A stretch of DNA of 64,000 bases from Macrostomum lignano (lineage: Eukaryota). The stretch spans positions 38,855 to 102,854 of the forward strand of contig NIVC01002490.1 in NCBI GenBank assembly GCA_002269645.1, in the 5' to 3' direction. Shown here piece after piece: positions 13,237 to 23,956 of the stretch; position 1 is the first letter of the stretch, and every line of letters starts with the position of its first letter. The notes below the pieces were generated by a model. It did not search any database and had not been told where the DNA came from. It worked only from the letters and a program-made list of their open reading frames with translations. Both the position numbers and the translations under genes were made by a program.

Positions 13237-15139
13237 TCAGTCATCAGCATAGCTGTCATCAACAAAGGCCAGGCAGGTCATGGGCTTGGCTGAGGTGCTG
13301 CCGTGCCCGGCAGACTTAGTGGAGCCGCGGTACTCCCGCCTGGGCTTGGCGCCGTCGTCAATGGAGTAGAGCCGGGCGCAGCCGTCGGAGGACACGGTGA
13401 CAACGAACTCGGAGTCGGCCGAGAAGGCGCAATCCCAAACCCATTTGTCGGCTCCCGATAGTTCAACCTTAAGCGGGTCGGGCAGCGGTCATTGGTTGGG
13501 TCTGCCTGCGGTAGGCCTAACTCAATTTTTGCTTTTCTAAGCTTTAAATCTGCATAGCGGAGAGTGCTGTGGTGCCGCTGTGGGACAGGGAATTGCTTCT
13601 GTGGGATTCTATCCCATTAGCTACTGGCTTATATGGCTTTTCATACAGTGCGGCGGCTATCGGAGGGACTGGTATTAATGGGGAGTAATAGAAAGAGGAG
13701 AGAATAAAAATAAGGAAAGAGAAGGGGAGATAAAAGAAATTGGAGAGAGTGGGAGAAATGAAGAGGGAATTCTCTCCCCCCTCTCGAGAGAGGGAGCGAG
13801 AGGGGGGAGAGAGGGAGCAAGAGGGGGGAGAGAGGGAGGAGAGGGAGAGGGGGTTGGAGAGGAAGAAGAGACGAGGAGGAGAAATGGAGAGGGAGAAAGA
13901 GGGAATAGAGAGAGGGAGGAGTGGGAGAGGGGGGAGAGTGGGAGGGAGAGATGGAGAGGGAGAGAGAGGGGGAGAAGGAGAGAAGGAGAGTGAAAGAGAC
14001 GGGGGAGAGTGGGAGGGGAGAGAGGGAGAGATGGAGAGGGAGAGAGAGGGAGAGGGAGAGACGGGAGGGAGAGATGGAGATAGAGGGAGGGACTCTGGAG
14101 AGAGAGGAGGGCAAGTGTCTCGGGTAAAGAAAAGGTAAAAGGTAAGAAACCGAAGCCCAGCAAGACCCAACAGAGAAGAAAGGGAGAAGGGAGAAGGGAG
14201 AAGAGAAGAAGGGGAGAGAGCTCAACTCAAGCGCACCTGTTTCTGATAGTCGGACGTTTTCCAAACGTTGCACAGGCGGTCGGAGCCGCAGGTGGCCAGC
14301 AGGGTGCTGTCAGGTGAGAAGGCGCACCTCAGGCCGTAGCCAGAGTGGGCAGCGATCCGAGCCTTGGGGACGGCCTGGCTGCCCGACACGTTGGTGACGG
14401 CGCTGGCCAGCGACCACATGAAGCAGCTGCCGGTGTTGGCCAGAGCGGCCAGGTGCGTGCCGGCCTGATTGACAGCCACGGACTGAATCCGGGCGTCGAG
14501 GTCGGGCACCAGCGAGCAGCTCTGGTTGCTGCGCAGATCCCAGATGTGCACCGCGCCGGTGGCGTCGCCGACAAATAACTCGATTTGATTGGGGTGCAGG
14601 CACACCGACGTGATGGGGCCGTTCACCTGCCCAGGTGAAAGTGCGATAGCAGACTAATATCAACACTAAAGCGAACACTGAGGGAACGGGCCAACAGACA
14701 GACTAGTTCAGACAGTCATGGACACCAAGACAGTCAGTAGGGTGCACTGAAAGAGAAAGACGGACAAAAAGACACGTATTGACAGACAGGTAGACACACA
14801 CGCACACGCTAAGATAGACAGACGAACACGTGAAGACAAAGAGACTAAAGTCTCGGTCTAAAGACACAGACAGACAGACAGACACACAGACAGACAGTCA
14901 GACAGACAGACAGACAGACAGACAGACAGGCAGACAGGCAGACAGACAGACAGACACAGAGACAGACAGACAGACAGACAGACAGGCAGGCAGGCAGACA
15001 GACAGACAGGCAGGCAGACAGGCAGATAGAAAGACAGATAGACAGCCAGACACACAGACAGTCAGGCAGACAAACAGACAGACACAGACAGTCAGGCAGA
15101 CACACAGACAGACACAGACAGTCAGGCAGACAAACAGAA

Positions 15140-15184
<45 letters not shown>

Positions 15185-15202
15185 GGCAGACAGACAGACA
15201 GG

Positions 15203-15252
<50 letters not shown>

Positions 15253-15683
15253 GCGGGCAGACATAGTGAATAAGACAGCATTAGCAGTGATGATTTGCAC
15301 GCCAACCCCACCTGGAACAGTCTGCTGCAGGGGTTGCCGCCCTGCCCGCCCCTGGCGTGTCGCAAGTCCCACACCCGGCAGACGCAGTCCTCGCCGCCGC
15401 TGTACATCCACTTGCCGTGGCCGTCGAAGCCAACAGCCGTGATGTTCTTCTGCATGTCGAAGGACAGCGAAGGCGAGGTGACCAACGTGTCGCCGATGTC
15501 GTACAGGCGGATGTGCTCGTAGCCGGCGGCTGCCAAGGTGCGCCTGTCTGGGGAAATGCTGAGCGCATTCACCTGGGAGCCGGCGTGCTCAAGCTGCCGG
15601 ATAAGCTGAGCACTGTAGGCCTGCCACAGCTTGATCACATTCTCGTAGCCGGCCGTGGCCAAAATGATCGGCTCCTCAAACAT
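13237..15683 (-). CDS. MLST8: Target of rapamycin complex subunit LST8 (WD40); exons 15683-15312, 14626-14237, 13467-13237
   Basis: [22 protein letters not shown]...[27 protein letters not shown]...[29 protein letters not shown]...LFQ|[31 protein letters not shown]...[20 protein letters not shown]...QKQ|[34 protein letters not shown]...[11 protein letters not shown]. Both introns are GT-AG, phase 0. Product is 330 aa, typical for LST8. Exon 3 is not in the ORF track in this frame. Confidence 0.95.
13680..14220. repeat. Homopurine (GA-rich) low-complexity tract in mLST8 intron 2
   Basis: About 540 bp of almost only G/A on the plus strand (pyrimidine-rich in the pre-mRNA). Confidence 0.9.
14668..15265 (+). 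repeat. (GACA)n array with conserved head, in mLST8 intron 1
   Basis: The head AAAGCGAACACTG...GGGCCAACAGACAGACTAGTTCAG...CACCAAGACAGTCAGTAGGGTGCACTGA matches 3667-3760 and is followed by (GACA)n. Confidence 0.9.
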
Positions 15684-15724
15684 TAGCTGGGGCTGCAGGC
15701 AGGAACGGTACATTGGGATGTTAT

Positions 15725-18220
15725 TGTCAGCTCACAATCAATCCCATTGTTTTCTAGCTGCCCTAAATCAAATCCATTGTGTTCTAGCTGCCCTAAATCA
15801 TTTCCATTGTGTTTTAGCTACCCTAAATCAAATCCATTGTGTTCTAGCTGCCCTAAATCATTTCCATTGTGTTCTAGCTGCCCTAAATCAAATCCATTGT
15901 GGTCTAGCTGCCCTAAATCATTTCCATTGTGTTCTAGCTGCCCTAAATCAAATCCATTGTTGTCTAGCTGCCCTAAATCATTTCCATTGTGTTTTAGCTA
16001 CCCTAAATCATTTCCATTGTGTTCTAGCTAACCTAAATCATTTCCATTGTGTTCTAGCTAACCTAAATCATTTCCATTGTGTTCTAGCTAACCTAAATCA
16101 TATCCATTGTGTTCTAGCTAACCTAACTCATATCCATTGTGTTCTAGCTAACCTAAATCATTTCCATTGTGTTCTAGCTAACCTAAATCATATCCATTGT
16201 GTTCTAGCTAACCTAAATCATATCCATTGTGTTCTAGCTACCCTAAATCATTTCCATTGTGTTCTAGCTGCCCTAAATCATATCCATTGTGTTCTAGCTA
16301 ACCTAAATCATTTCCATTGTGTTCTAGCTGCCCTAAATCAAATCCATTGTGTTCTAGCTAACCTAAATCATATCCATTGTGTTCTAGCTGCCCTAAATCA
16401 AATCCATTGTGTTCTAGCTAACCTAAATCAAATCCATTGTGTTTTAGCTACCCTAAATCAAATCCATTGTGTTCTAGCTGCCCTAAATCAAATCCATTGT
16501 GTTCTAGCTGCCCTAAATCATATCCATTGTGTTCTAGCTGCCCTAAATCATTTCCATTGTGTTTTAGCTACCCTAAATCATTTCAATTGTGTTCTAGCTA
16601 CCCTAAATCATTTCCATTGTGTTCTAGCTAACCTAAATCATTTCCATTGTGTTCTAGCTACCCTAAATCATTTCCATTGTGTTCTAGCTGCCCTAAATCA
16701 AATCCATTGTGTTCTAGCTGCCCTAAATCATTTCCATTGTGTTCTAGCTGCCCTAAATCATATCCATTGTGTTCTAGCTAACCTAAATCATTTCCATTGT
16801 GTTCTAGCTAACCTAAATCATTTCCATTGTGTTCTAGCTAACCTAAATCAAATCCATTGTGTTCTAGCTGCCCTAAATCAAATCCATTGTGTTCTAGCTA
16901 ACCTAAATCATATCCATTGTGTTCTAGCTAACCTAAATCATATCCATTGTGTTCTAGCTGCCCTAAATCAAATCCATTGTGTTTTAGCTAACCTAAATCA
17001 TATCCATTGTGTTCTAGCTGCCCTAAATTAAATCCATTGTGTTCTAGCTAACCTAAATAATTTCCATTGTGTTCTAGCTAACCTAAACCATATCCATTGT
17101 GTTCTAGCTAACCTAAATCATATCCATTGTGTTCTAGCTAACCTAAATCATATTCATTGTGTTCTAGCTGCCCTAAATCAAATCCATTGTGTTCTAGCTA
17201 ACCTAAATCATATCCATTGTGTTCTAGCTGCCCTAAATCATATCCATTGTGTTCTAGCTGCCCTAAATCAAATCCATTGTGTTCTAGCTGCCCTAAATCA
17301 AATCCATTGTGTTCTAGCTAACCTAAATCATATCCATTGTGTTCTTGCTGCCCTAAATCAAATCCATTGTGTTCTAGCTGCCCTAAATCAAATCCATTGT
17401 GTTCTAGCTAACCTAAATCATATCCATTGTGTTCTTGCTGCCCTAAATCATATCCATTGTGTTCTAGCTAACCTAAATCATTTCCATTGTGTTTTGGCTA
17501 CCCTAAATCATTTCCATTGTGCTTTAGCTACCCTAAATCATATCCATTGTGTTCTAGCTAACCTAAATCATATCCATTGTGTTCTAGCTAACCTAAATCA
17601 TTTCCATTGTGTTCTAGCTAACCTAAATCAAAATCATTGTTTTCTAGCCACCCTAAATCAATGGTTTAGCCACCCTAAAACATCTCTTTTGCATTCTAGC
17701 CACCTTAAATTATTCTCATTGTGTTGTAGCCACCCTAAATTATCTCCATTGTAATTTGCCTACCCTAAATCATCCCCACTGTGATCTAGCTACCCTAAAT
17801 CATCCCCACTGTAATCTAGCTACCCTAAATCATCCCCACTGTGATCTAGCTACCCTAAATCATCCTCACTGTGATCTAGCTACCCTAAATCATCCCCACT
17901 GTAATCTAGCTACCCTAAATCATCCTCACTGTAATCTAGCTACCCTAAATCATCCCCACTGTAATCTAGCTACCCTAAATCATCCCCACTGTGATCTAGC
18001 TACCCTAAATCATCCTCACTGTAATCTAGCTACCCTAAATCATCCTCACTGTAATCTAGCTACCCTAAATCATCCCCACTGTAATCTAGCTACCCTAAAT
18101 CATCCCCACTGTAATCTAGCTACCCTAAATCATCCCCAATGTAATCTAGCTACCCTAAATCATCCCCACTGTGATCTAGCTACCCTAAATCATCCCCACT
18201 GTAATCTAGTTACCCTAAAT
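15725..18220. repeat. 30-bp minisatellite (CCATTGTGTTCTAGCTGCCCTAAATCAAAT) with a second subtype from ~17750 (CATCCCCACTGTAATCTAGCTACCCTAAAT)
   Basis: About 2.5 kb of tandem 30-mers starting ~40 nt upstream of the mLST8 ATG; ORFs 15655..17031 and 17756..18241 are repeat translations. Confidence 0.97.
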
Positions 18221-18569
18221 CATTGTGTTGTAGCATCTTAATTACTGGATAGAATTTTTAACCAAAGTCAATAAGCGACAATGTGAAGACACAGAGCGAA
18301 TACGATAGCAATAGCAATGCTGATTTGCATTGAAAATACTGAAAAGTACAAATTACTATTAACAAATAATAAAAATTCACCACTTGTCCATCGAAAAGGA
18401 TTGTATACGTAGTATTTACTTGAAGTATTATTAGCAAAGTGGTATTTAAAATGCGTATGTATGTACATATCCAACTCAAATATACATGCGATGTACAAGA
18501 GCGCAAATATTATTATGCGCGTCAACAGCCAGCGTGCAACTTGCAATTCTAATTAATGGTTCAATAAAA

Positions 18570-19300
18570 GCGCGCAGTTGATCTAGATGTCACTCACTAA
18601 GCGCGCAGTTGAGATCTAGATGTCACTCACTAAGCGCGCAGTTGAGATCTAGATGTCAATCAAAGAGCGCGCAGTTGAGATCTAGATGTCAATCAAAGAG
18701 CGCGCAGTTGAGATCTAGATGTCAATCAAAGAGCGCACAGTTGAGATCTAGATGTCACTCAATAAGCGCGCAGTTGAGATCTAGATGTCACTCAATAAGC
18801 GCGCAGTTGAGATCTAGATGTCACTCACTAAGCGCGCAGTTGAGATCTAGATGTCAATCAAAGAGCGCACAGTTGAGATCTAGATGTCACTCAATAAGCG
18901 CGCAGTTGAGATCTAGATGTCAATCAAAGAGCGCGCAGTTGAGATCTAGATGTCACTCAATAAGCGCGCAGTTGAGATCTAGATGTCAATCAAAGAGCGC
19001 ACAGTTGAGATCTAGATGTCACTCACTAAGCGCGCAGTTGAGATCTAGATGTCAATCAAAGAGCGCACAGTTGAGATCTAGATGTCAGTCAAAGAGCGCA
19101 CAGTTGAGATCTAGATGTCACTCAATAAGCGCGCAGTTGAGATCTAGATGTCAATCAAAGAGCGCACAGTTGAGATCTAGATGTCAATCAAAGAGCGCAC
19201 AGTTGAGATCTAGATGTCAATCAAAGAGCGCACAGTTGAGATCTAGATGTCAATCAAAGAGCGCACAGTTGAGATCTAGATGTCACTCACTAAGTGCGCA
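18570..19300. repeat. 33-bp minisatellite (GCGCGCAGTTGAGATCTAGATGTCAATCAAAGA)
   Basis: Tandem units with an internal AGATCT/TCTAGA palindromic core are directly visible. Confidence 0.96.
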
Positions 19301-19476
19301 GATAATTATAGACTGAATGGGATAAGCACATAGTAAGTTTTACAGATTCCTGTATCGACATGTTGGAAATTGATGTAGCCAGTTCCTCGCTAGCAAATAA
19401 CCCAACTTTCTTGATAAAAAATATATCGATAGTTAGCATTACTTCCGTATTCTAAATCGAAAATAACGCGCTAGAA

Positions 19477-19845
19477 TTAATTGCCACCAATCAGTGACTC
19501 AACATTGGTGTAACGCCACTCGTCATCAACCAAGTCTCTGGCTAATTGGCGCATCTCTCTGAGCCGGGACTCGTGCAGATCCCTGGCCAGTTGGGCGAGG
19601 CCCGTGTTCACCTCCTGGCACACCTGCAGGCGGGCGTCAACAGCGCGGCTGCTGTGCAGATCCGCCGCTGCAGCCGACGCTCCCGCAGATGAGCTGCCAT
19701 CGATGGACCGCCTGAACAGCGGGCCGCAGAGGTCGTCCAGACCTACAAAAGATGAACTGGCGGCTGCGGCTGCTGCTGCTGCTGCTGCGGCGCTTCCGCT
19801 GATGCGAATGCGAGGAGCCGCTGTGACCGAGGACGGCATCGACAT
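19477..19845 (-). CDS. ANAPC16: Anaphase-promoting complex subunit 16-like small protein (122 aa, intronless)
   Basis: The C-terminus CQEVNTGLAQLARDLHESRLREMRQLARDLVDDEWRYTNVESLIGGN matches the APC16 signature as I recall it (..L..L..DEWRF..IE.LLG at the extreme C-terminus). The low-complexity Ser/Ala N-terminus and small size also fit; codons are GC-rich like the neighbouring genes. Confidence 0.75.
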   Translation of the reverse strand: MSMPSSVTAAPRIRISGSAAAAAAAAAAASSSFVGLDDLCGPLFRRSIDGSSSAGASAAAADLHSSRAVDARLQVCQEVNTGLAQLARDLHESRLREMRQLARDLVDDEWRYTNVESLIGGN

Positions 19846-19974
19846 GACGGATGGGGAGCCGAGATTTGTTTAGTATGGAGCGCTACCAACTGGCATGCAT
19901 TCGGTTCAGTTCGGGCTTCAGTGGGTGGTTACCGAGTAATGAGAGAAACCAGTCTCAGTGACTGCATGATGGCT

Positions 19975-20190
19975 GGCAGCTTAACCTGAAGGACTGGGGG
20001 CATGGCAGCTAAACCTGAAGGACTGGGGGGCATTGCAGCTCAACCTGAAGGACTGGGGGGCATTGCAGCTCAACCTGAAGGACTGGGGGGCATTGCAGCT
20101 CAACCTAAAAGACTGAGGGAGGGCATGGCAGCTTAACTTGAAAGGCTAGGGAGCATAGAAGATCAACCTGAAAGACTAAGGGACATACTA
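19975..20190. repeat. Short degenerate ~29-30-bp tandem repeat (GCAGCTCAACCTGAAGGACTGGGGGGCAT)
   Basis: About 6-7 decaying copies upstream of the ANAPC16-like ATG. Confidence 0.85.
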
Positions 20191-20318
20191 CCTCAACTTC
20201 TATCCCCATATTAAATAACAAACATTAAAACTATGTCTTCATATATACTAAATGCATACTCATAATATACTAAATTTTGAATGATTTAGCAGGAAAATTT
20301 GTACATAATCATGCTTGG

Positions 20319-20474
20319 GCGCAACCTTGGGATTCACCCGGCCGTTTCTATTGGCAACACACGCATGTAAGTCGCTATTGGCTGAGAGCAGTCACGTGAC
20401 TACTGTTCTGTCCAATAGCGACTTACATGCGTGTGTTGCCAATAGAAACGGCCGAGTGAATCCCAAAGTTGCGC
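20319..20474. mobile_element. 156-bp near-perfect palindromic element (MITE-like)
   Basis: Arms of ~63 bp (GCGCAACCTTGGGATTCACCCGGCCGTTTCTATTGGCAACACACGCATGTAAGTCGCTATTGG and its reverse complement, 2 mismatches) flank a ~30-bp spacer centred on GTCACGTGAC. Confidence 0.75.
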
Positions 20475-21103
20475 ATGTATGTACATAATACCAATGCTAG
20501 GACAATAATTAAACAACAATATAATTGATGATGTTAATATATAACTTAACTATTGAGACATACACTTTCCTTATTGTTAGATAACTTTATTTATTTTTAA
20601 TAGTAATTACTTTGATTTTAATACTATTTATGCTTGAATAAATAATTGCATTTATTCTAACTCTTTTAACAAGTATACTTTTTAATTTATACAATATATT
20701 CCATTTTTATAACAACCTTTTGGCAACACTATGCAAATAAAAACTAGGTGCTATTGTTAAAAATGTAATGAACTTGCTTTGTTTATTGACAAATATAGCT
20801 TGTATTGATTCATTGCCATTTTTGTTTTGTGTACCTTGGACAAAATTGCCTAGAGATAAGACAAATATTTAGAATATTTGGAATTTCAAATTAAACAAAT
20901 TTTCATTTCAAATCAGAATTCAAAAAATAATAATCAGAATATCAAATATTTGCCAATATGAGCATATGAGCATGTAGAACAAAGATTTAAGATAATTCAA
21001 GAATAAAAATATTGATGTTGTAGCTTAAAATTTAGAGAAAGAATTAGGGATCATTGTGCTCTGAGAAAAGGTAGAGAGATTAGAGATGTAACAATTGAGT
21101 ACA

Positions 21104-21281
21104 TTAAGTTAAAGTTGAGAAGGCTTTAGGAGGAATGGAGGACTAAGACATTGAAGCTTAAAGAATTATGTTAGAGGTTATAGGCGAATTATGTTAGAGG
21201 TTAAGTTAAAGTTGAGAAGGCTTTAGGAGGAATGGAGGACTAAGACATTGAAGCTTAAAGAATTATGTTAGAGGTTATAGG
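21104..21281. repeat. Direct duplication of ~80 bp
   Basis: TTAAGTTAAAGTTGAGAAGGCTTTAGGAGG...GAGGTTATAGG occurs at 21104 and at 21201. Confidence 0.9.
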
Positions 21282-23444
21282 CTATAAGCTTGTGGCTTAG
21301 AAATGAGGGGAAAAAATTAAAAATGGAACAATATAGGACAATTCTTAAGAAAAAGCAAGGATGATTAAGTAGTCTCCATGCTTAAATTGAGGTTTTAGAG
21401 GGGGGTCACTAGGAATTAAATTTATAGAACATTGATTCAAGAGCACTGGTTCTTATAAATGTAGAGTAGGATTGGCATTTGGTTTAAGTATATTTCATTG
21501 AAAAAGAAATATAGATACTAGCCTATTACTTTTTGTTGAGGGCTACTAAAAGGAAATTTTTACTAAAATATTTGTTTGTATTTAGTATTATTTGGTATTT
21601 GAATCTGTTTTATCAGATATTTAAATCAAATCAGTTGGAAATAAAGGAAAATAGTATTTTAATTAATGTTTATATATTAGATATGAGCTGGGTTTATTTT
21701 TTGTGCGTAAAGTATGCATATGCACCTTAAATTAAAAAATTGCACCCTGAAATTGAAATGTAGGTGCAGTTTAGGTGCGGTCTTATAACCTATTTTTCCA
21801 TTAAAACCTCATTTGCACTGCTTTGAAATAAGAAAAAAGAGAAATTGCACTTTGAGCCTTACAATCGCACCATGAAAGTAAGCGCATTATAAGTTAAGGA
21901 TAGGAAAAAAGCAAATTGGAATTTTGGAAAATAGATAATATAATTTAATTTCTATACTTTACATTTTTTACTTAATAATAGGTCTGAGCCATTTTAAAGC
22001 CAATGTCAACCTAAAGCCAAGGAGCTTATATTGCTAATAGCCAACAAGATGTTGACTATTTGCTAGTTGGCTATATATCGTGTATGGGCTCCTGAAGAAA
22101 TTCTTGGGTCTATGAATGATGTCTTAAGACTCCAGCTATGCAGCAACAGTGACTAAATAAAGAGAGAGCCCAGTTTGTTGACAGCTACTGCTGATCATTT
22201 CCTACCTGCAGGACACAGAAGGCCATCCCAAAGGGCAGTTTTTTTCCTGGGCAGCCATATCTAACCCTGTTGCAGCTGCTGAAGCTGCTGACTTATGCAC
22301 TGCCTCGCCTTTACTGGGTGGCTCACTATTATTAGTAGGCCTAGGCCCTATTATTTAATTAATATTACTGATCTGACAATACTTACCTGACACACTTATT
22401 ATAATATGCCTGCTACTCATATTCTGCCTGTTATGACCATTTCTGTGTGAAAAAAATGATAAATAATTTAACGCAGCAAACTAAGACTTAGAGATTCATT
22501 CATATTAAAATATGCCTTCATACGTAAAAATTAAGACAGACTGTGAGTCTGTAAATAGGTACCAGGTGACATTTTAGTCCGTTAGTTATAGCCAAGGCAA
22601 AAAATCTTAAACTCCATGGTGACATTGTGGACGTGACAACAAACACTTAAAATTATGAATGTCAATGTTCCCAAGTCTAATCGGTGTGATCGTGTGATGT
22701 GATTGTCAATCAATCAATCAACTAATTCGACAACGACGATGATCTCTATTTTCACAACATGATTTAAAATAAAATCATTAGAAAATTGGAATTCTTTGTC
22801 TTGTTTGTTTAGACTATAAAATTTTAAATAATATATCTATTGTTGGCCTCGGCTAACCATAGTTTAGAAAAATGCACCTTTCTAAAAATATTGTTGCCTA
22901 CGATTGTTTTAACGTCAGAAAAAGTACATTTGAGCGTAACTTTTTATGCTTTTCATATTTACCGATTCCGGAACCAGAATCGATTCCGATCTTCAAAGAA
23001 AAGCAGTATAACTATTTAACTTTCTTGAATGTTTGACTGCCTTAACAGCCTCACTTTGCACAATTTTTCACTTTCTTTTTTGCTATTATTTCATGCATTC
23101 AATAAATAAAACTTTAGCAAGTATATTCTAGTTTAGAAGACAAAAATTTTTACTTTAGAAATTGGATCTGGTTCTAGAACCAGAACAAGCAATATTAAAA
23201 GGCCCATTTAGAGGCGGCTCGAAATGGGTATATGACAAATGATTCTCACAAATTGACTGCTACTACAAATGACGTCCAACAAAACTTTTGCCGTGTATAA
23301 TATTGACTGCTGGCGGCAGAAATTCTTGCACATACAATATTTTGACTGCGACCAATTAAAAATTAGATCGAATAGCAGAAAGTCAAGACAATAAAATGAA
23401 TATATGGATTAATGCCTAGCTAATGCACGCCTATGCGATTTCGA

Positions 23445-23956
23445 CGCGGCATCCTGCAGCAAGGCGCCACAGTGACGGCAGAATGGTACAGCACCGCGTC
23501 TGCTTGCCTCAGGTTCTGCAGGCGCTCGCACAGCAGCGGCCAAAATGCTTGACAAAGGCATGTTCCTCCATCAGGACAGTGCTCCCGTGCACCGGGCACG
23601 AGTAACCCAGGAGTTCCTTCAGGCGATCCAGCTGCCGCATCCCGCATATTCGCCGGACCTGGCGCCTGCTGACTTTTTCCTCTTTCCCAGGATGAAGAAA
23701 AATCTGAAGGGGAAGCGCTTCGACTCGAGGAAGGAGCTGGTTGTTGCGCTGCAAGCTGAGCTGGACTGAGCTTCAGCAAAGCTGATCTCAGGGGGTGCTT
23801 CGGCGCACATGGTTCCAGCGCCTGCAAAAGTGCTCCGATTTGGGTGAAAATTATGTTGAGAAGTTATAATAGACTGCAGTTGCTACAGGTAAAATTTCGC
23901 ACAGAAGCAACAATCAGAATTGAACTTTTCCGGGAATTTAATCAGCACCCCTCGTA
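23445..23956 (+). mobile_element. 5'-truncated, frameshifted mariner transposon relic with right TIR
   Basis: Translated fragments QQGATVTAEWY..LPQVLQALAQQRPKMLDKGMFLHQDSAPVH...LPHPAYSPDLAPADFFLFP..K..LKGKRFDS match the mariner DD34D C-terminal signatures (HDNAPxH, HPPYSPDLAPSD, KGKRF). A decayed WFQRLQKC..GENYVEK follows, then ...CAGCACCCCTCGTA|TA, a typical mariner TIR end plus TA. I found no left TIR. Confidence 0.9.

Noticed and set aside
15684-15713. Upstream ATG at 15713 (MYRSCLQPQL) as the mLST8 start
   Set aside because: It lies at the satellite edge upstream of a good CCCCAG acceptor; LST8 homology begins just after ATG 15683.
15655-17031. 458-aa ORF of HCVLAALN repeats (and similar long ORFs at 9965, 11983, 17756, 18609, 39530, 49307, 55096-56867, 63360)
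   Set aside because: They are translations of tandem arrays whose units happen to lack stops, and they lie in introns or spacers of real genes; nothing supports coding.
597-18220. Regular 20-33-bp repeats that might suggest CRISPR arrays
   Set aside because: The units are head-to-tail with no unique spacers, there are no cas genes, and the context is eukaryotic.
21000-21480. Purine-rich stretch resembling a decayed LINE reverse transcriptase 3' end
   Set aside because: I could not recover RT motifs in any frame; only the 80-bp duplication is supported.
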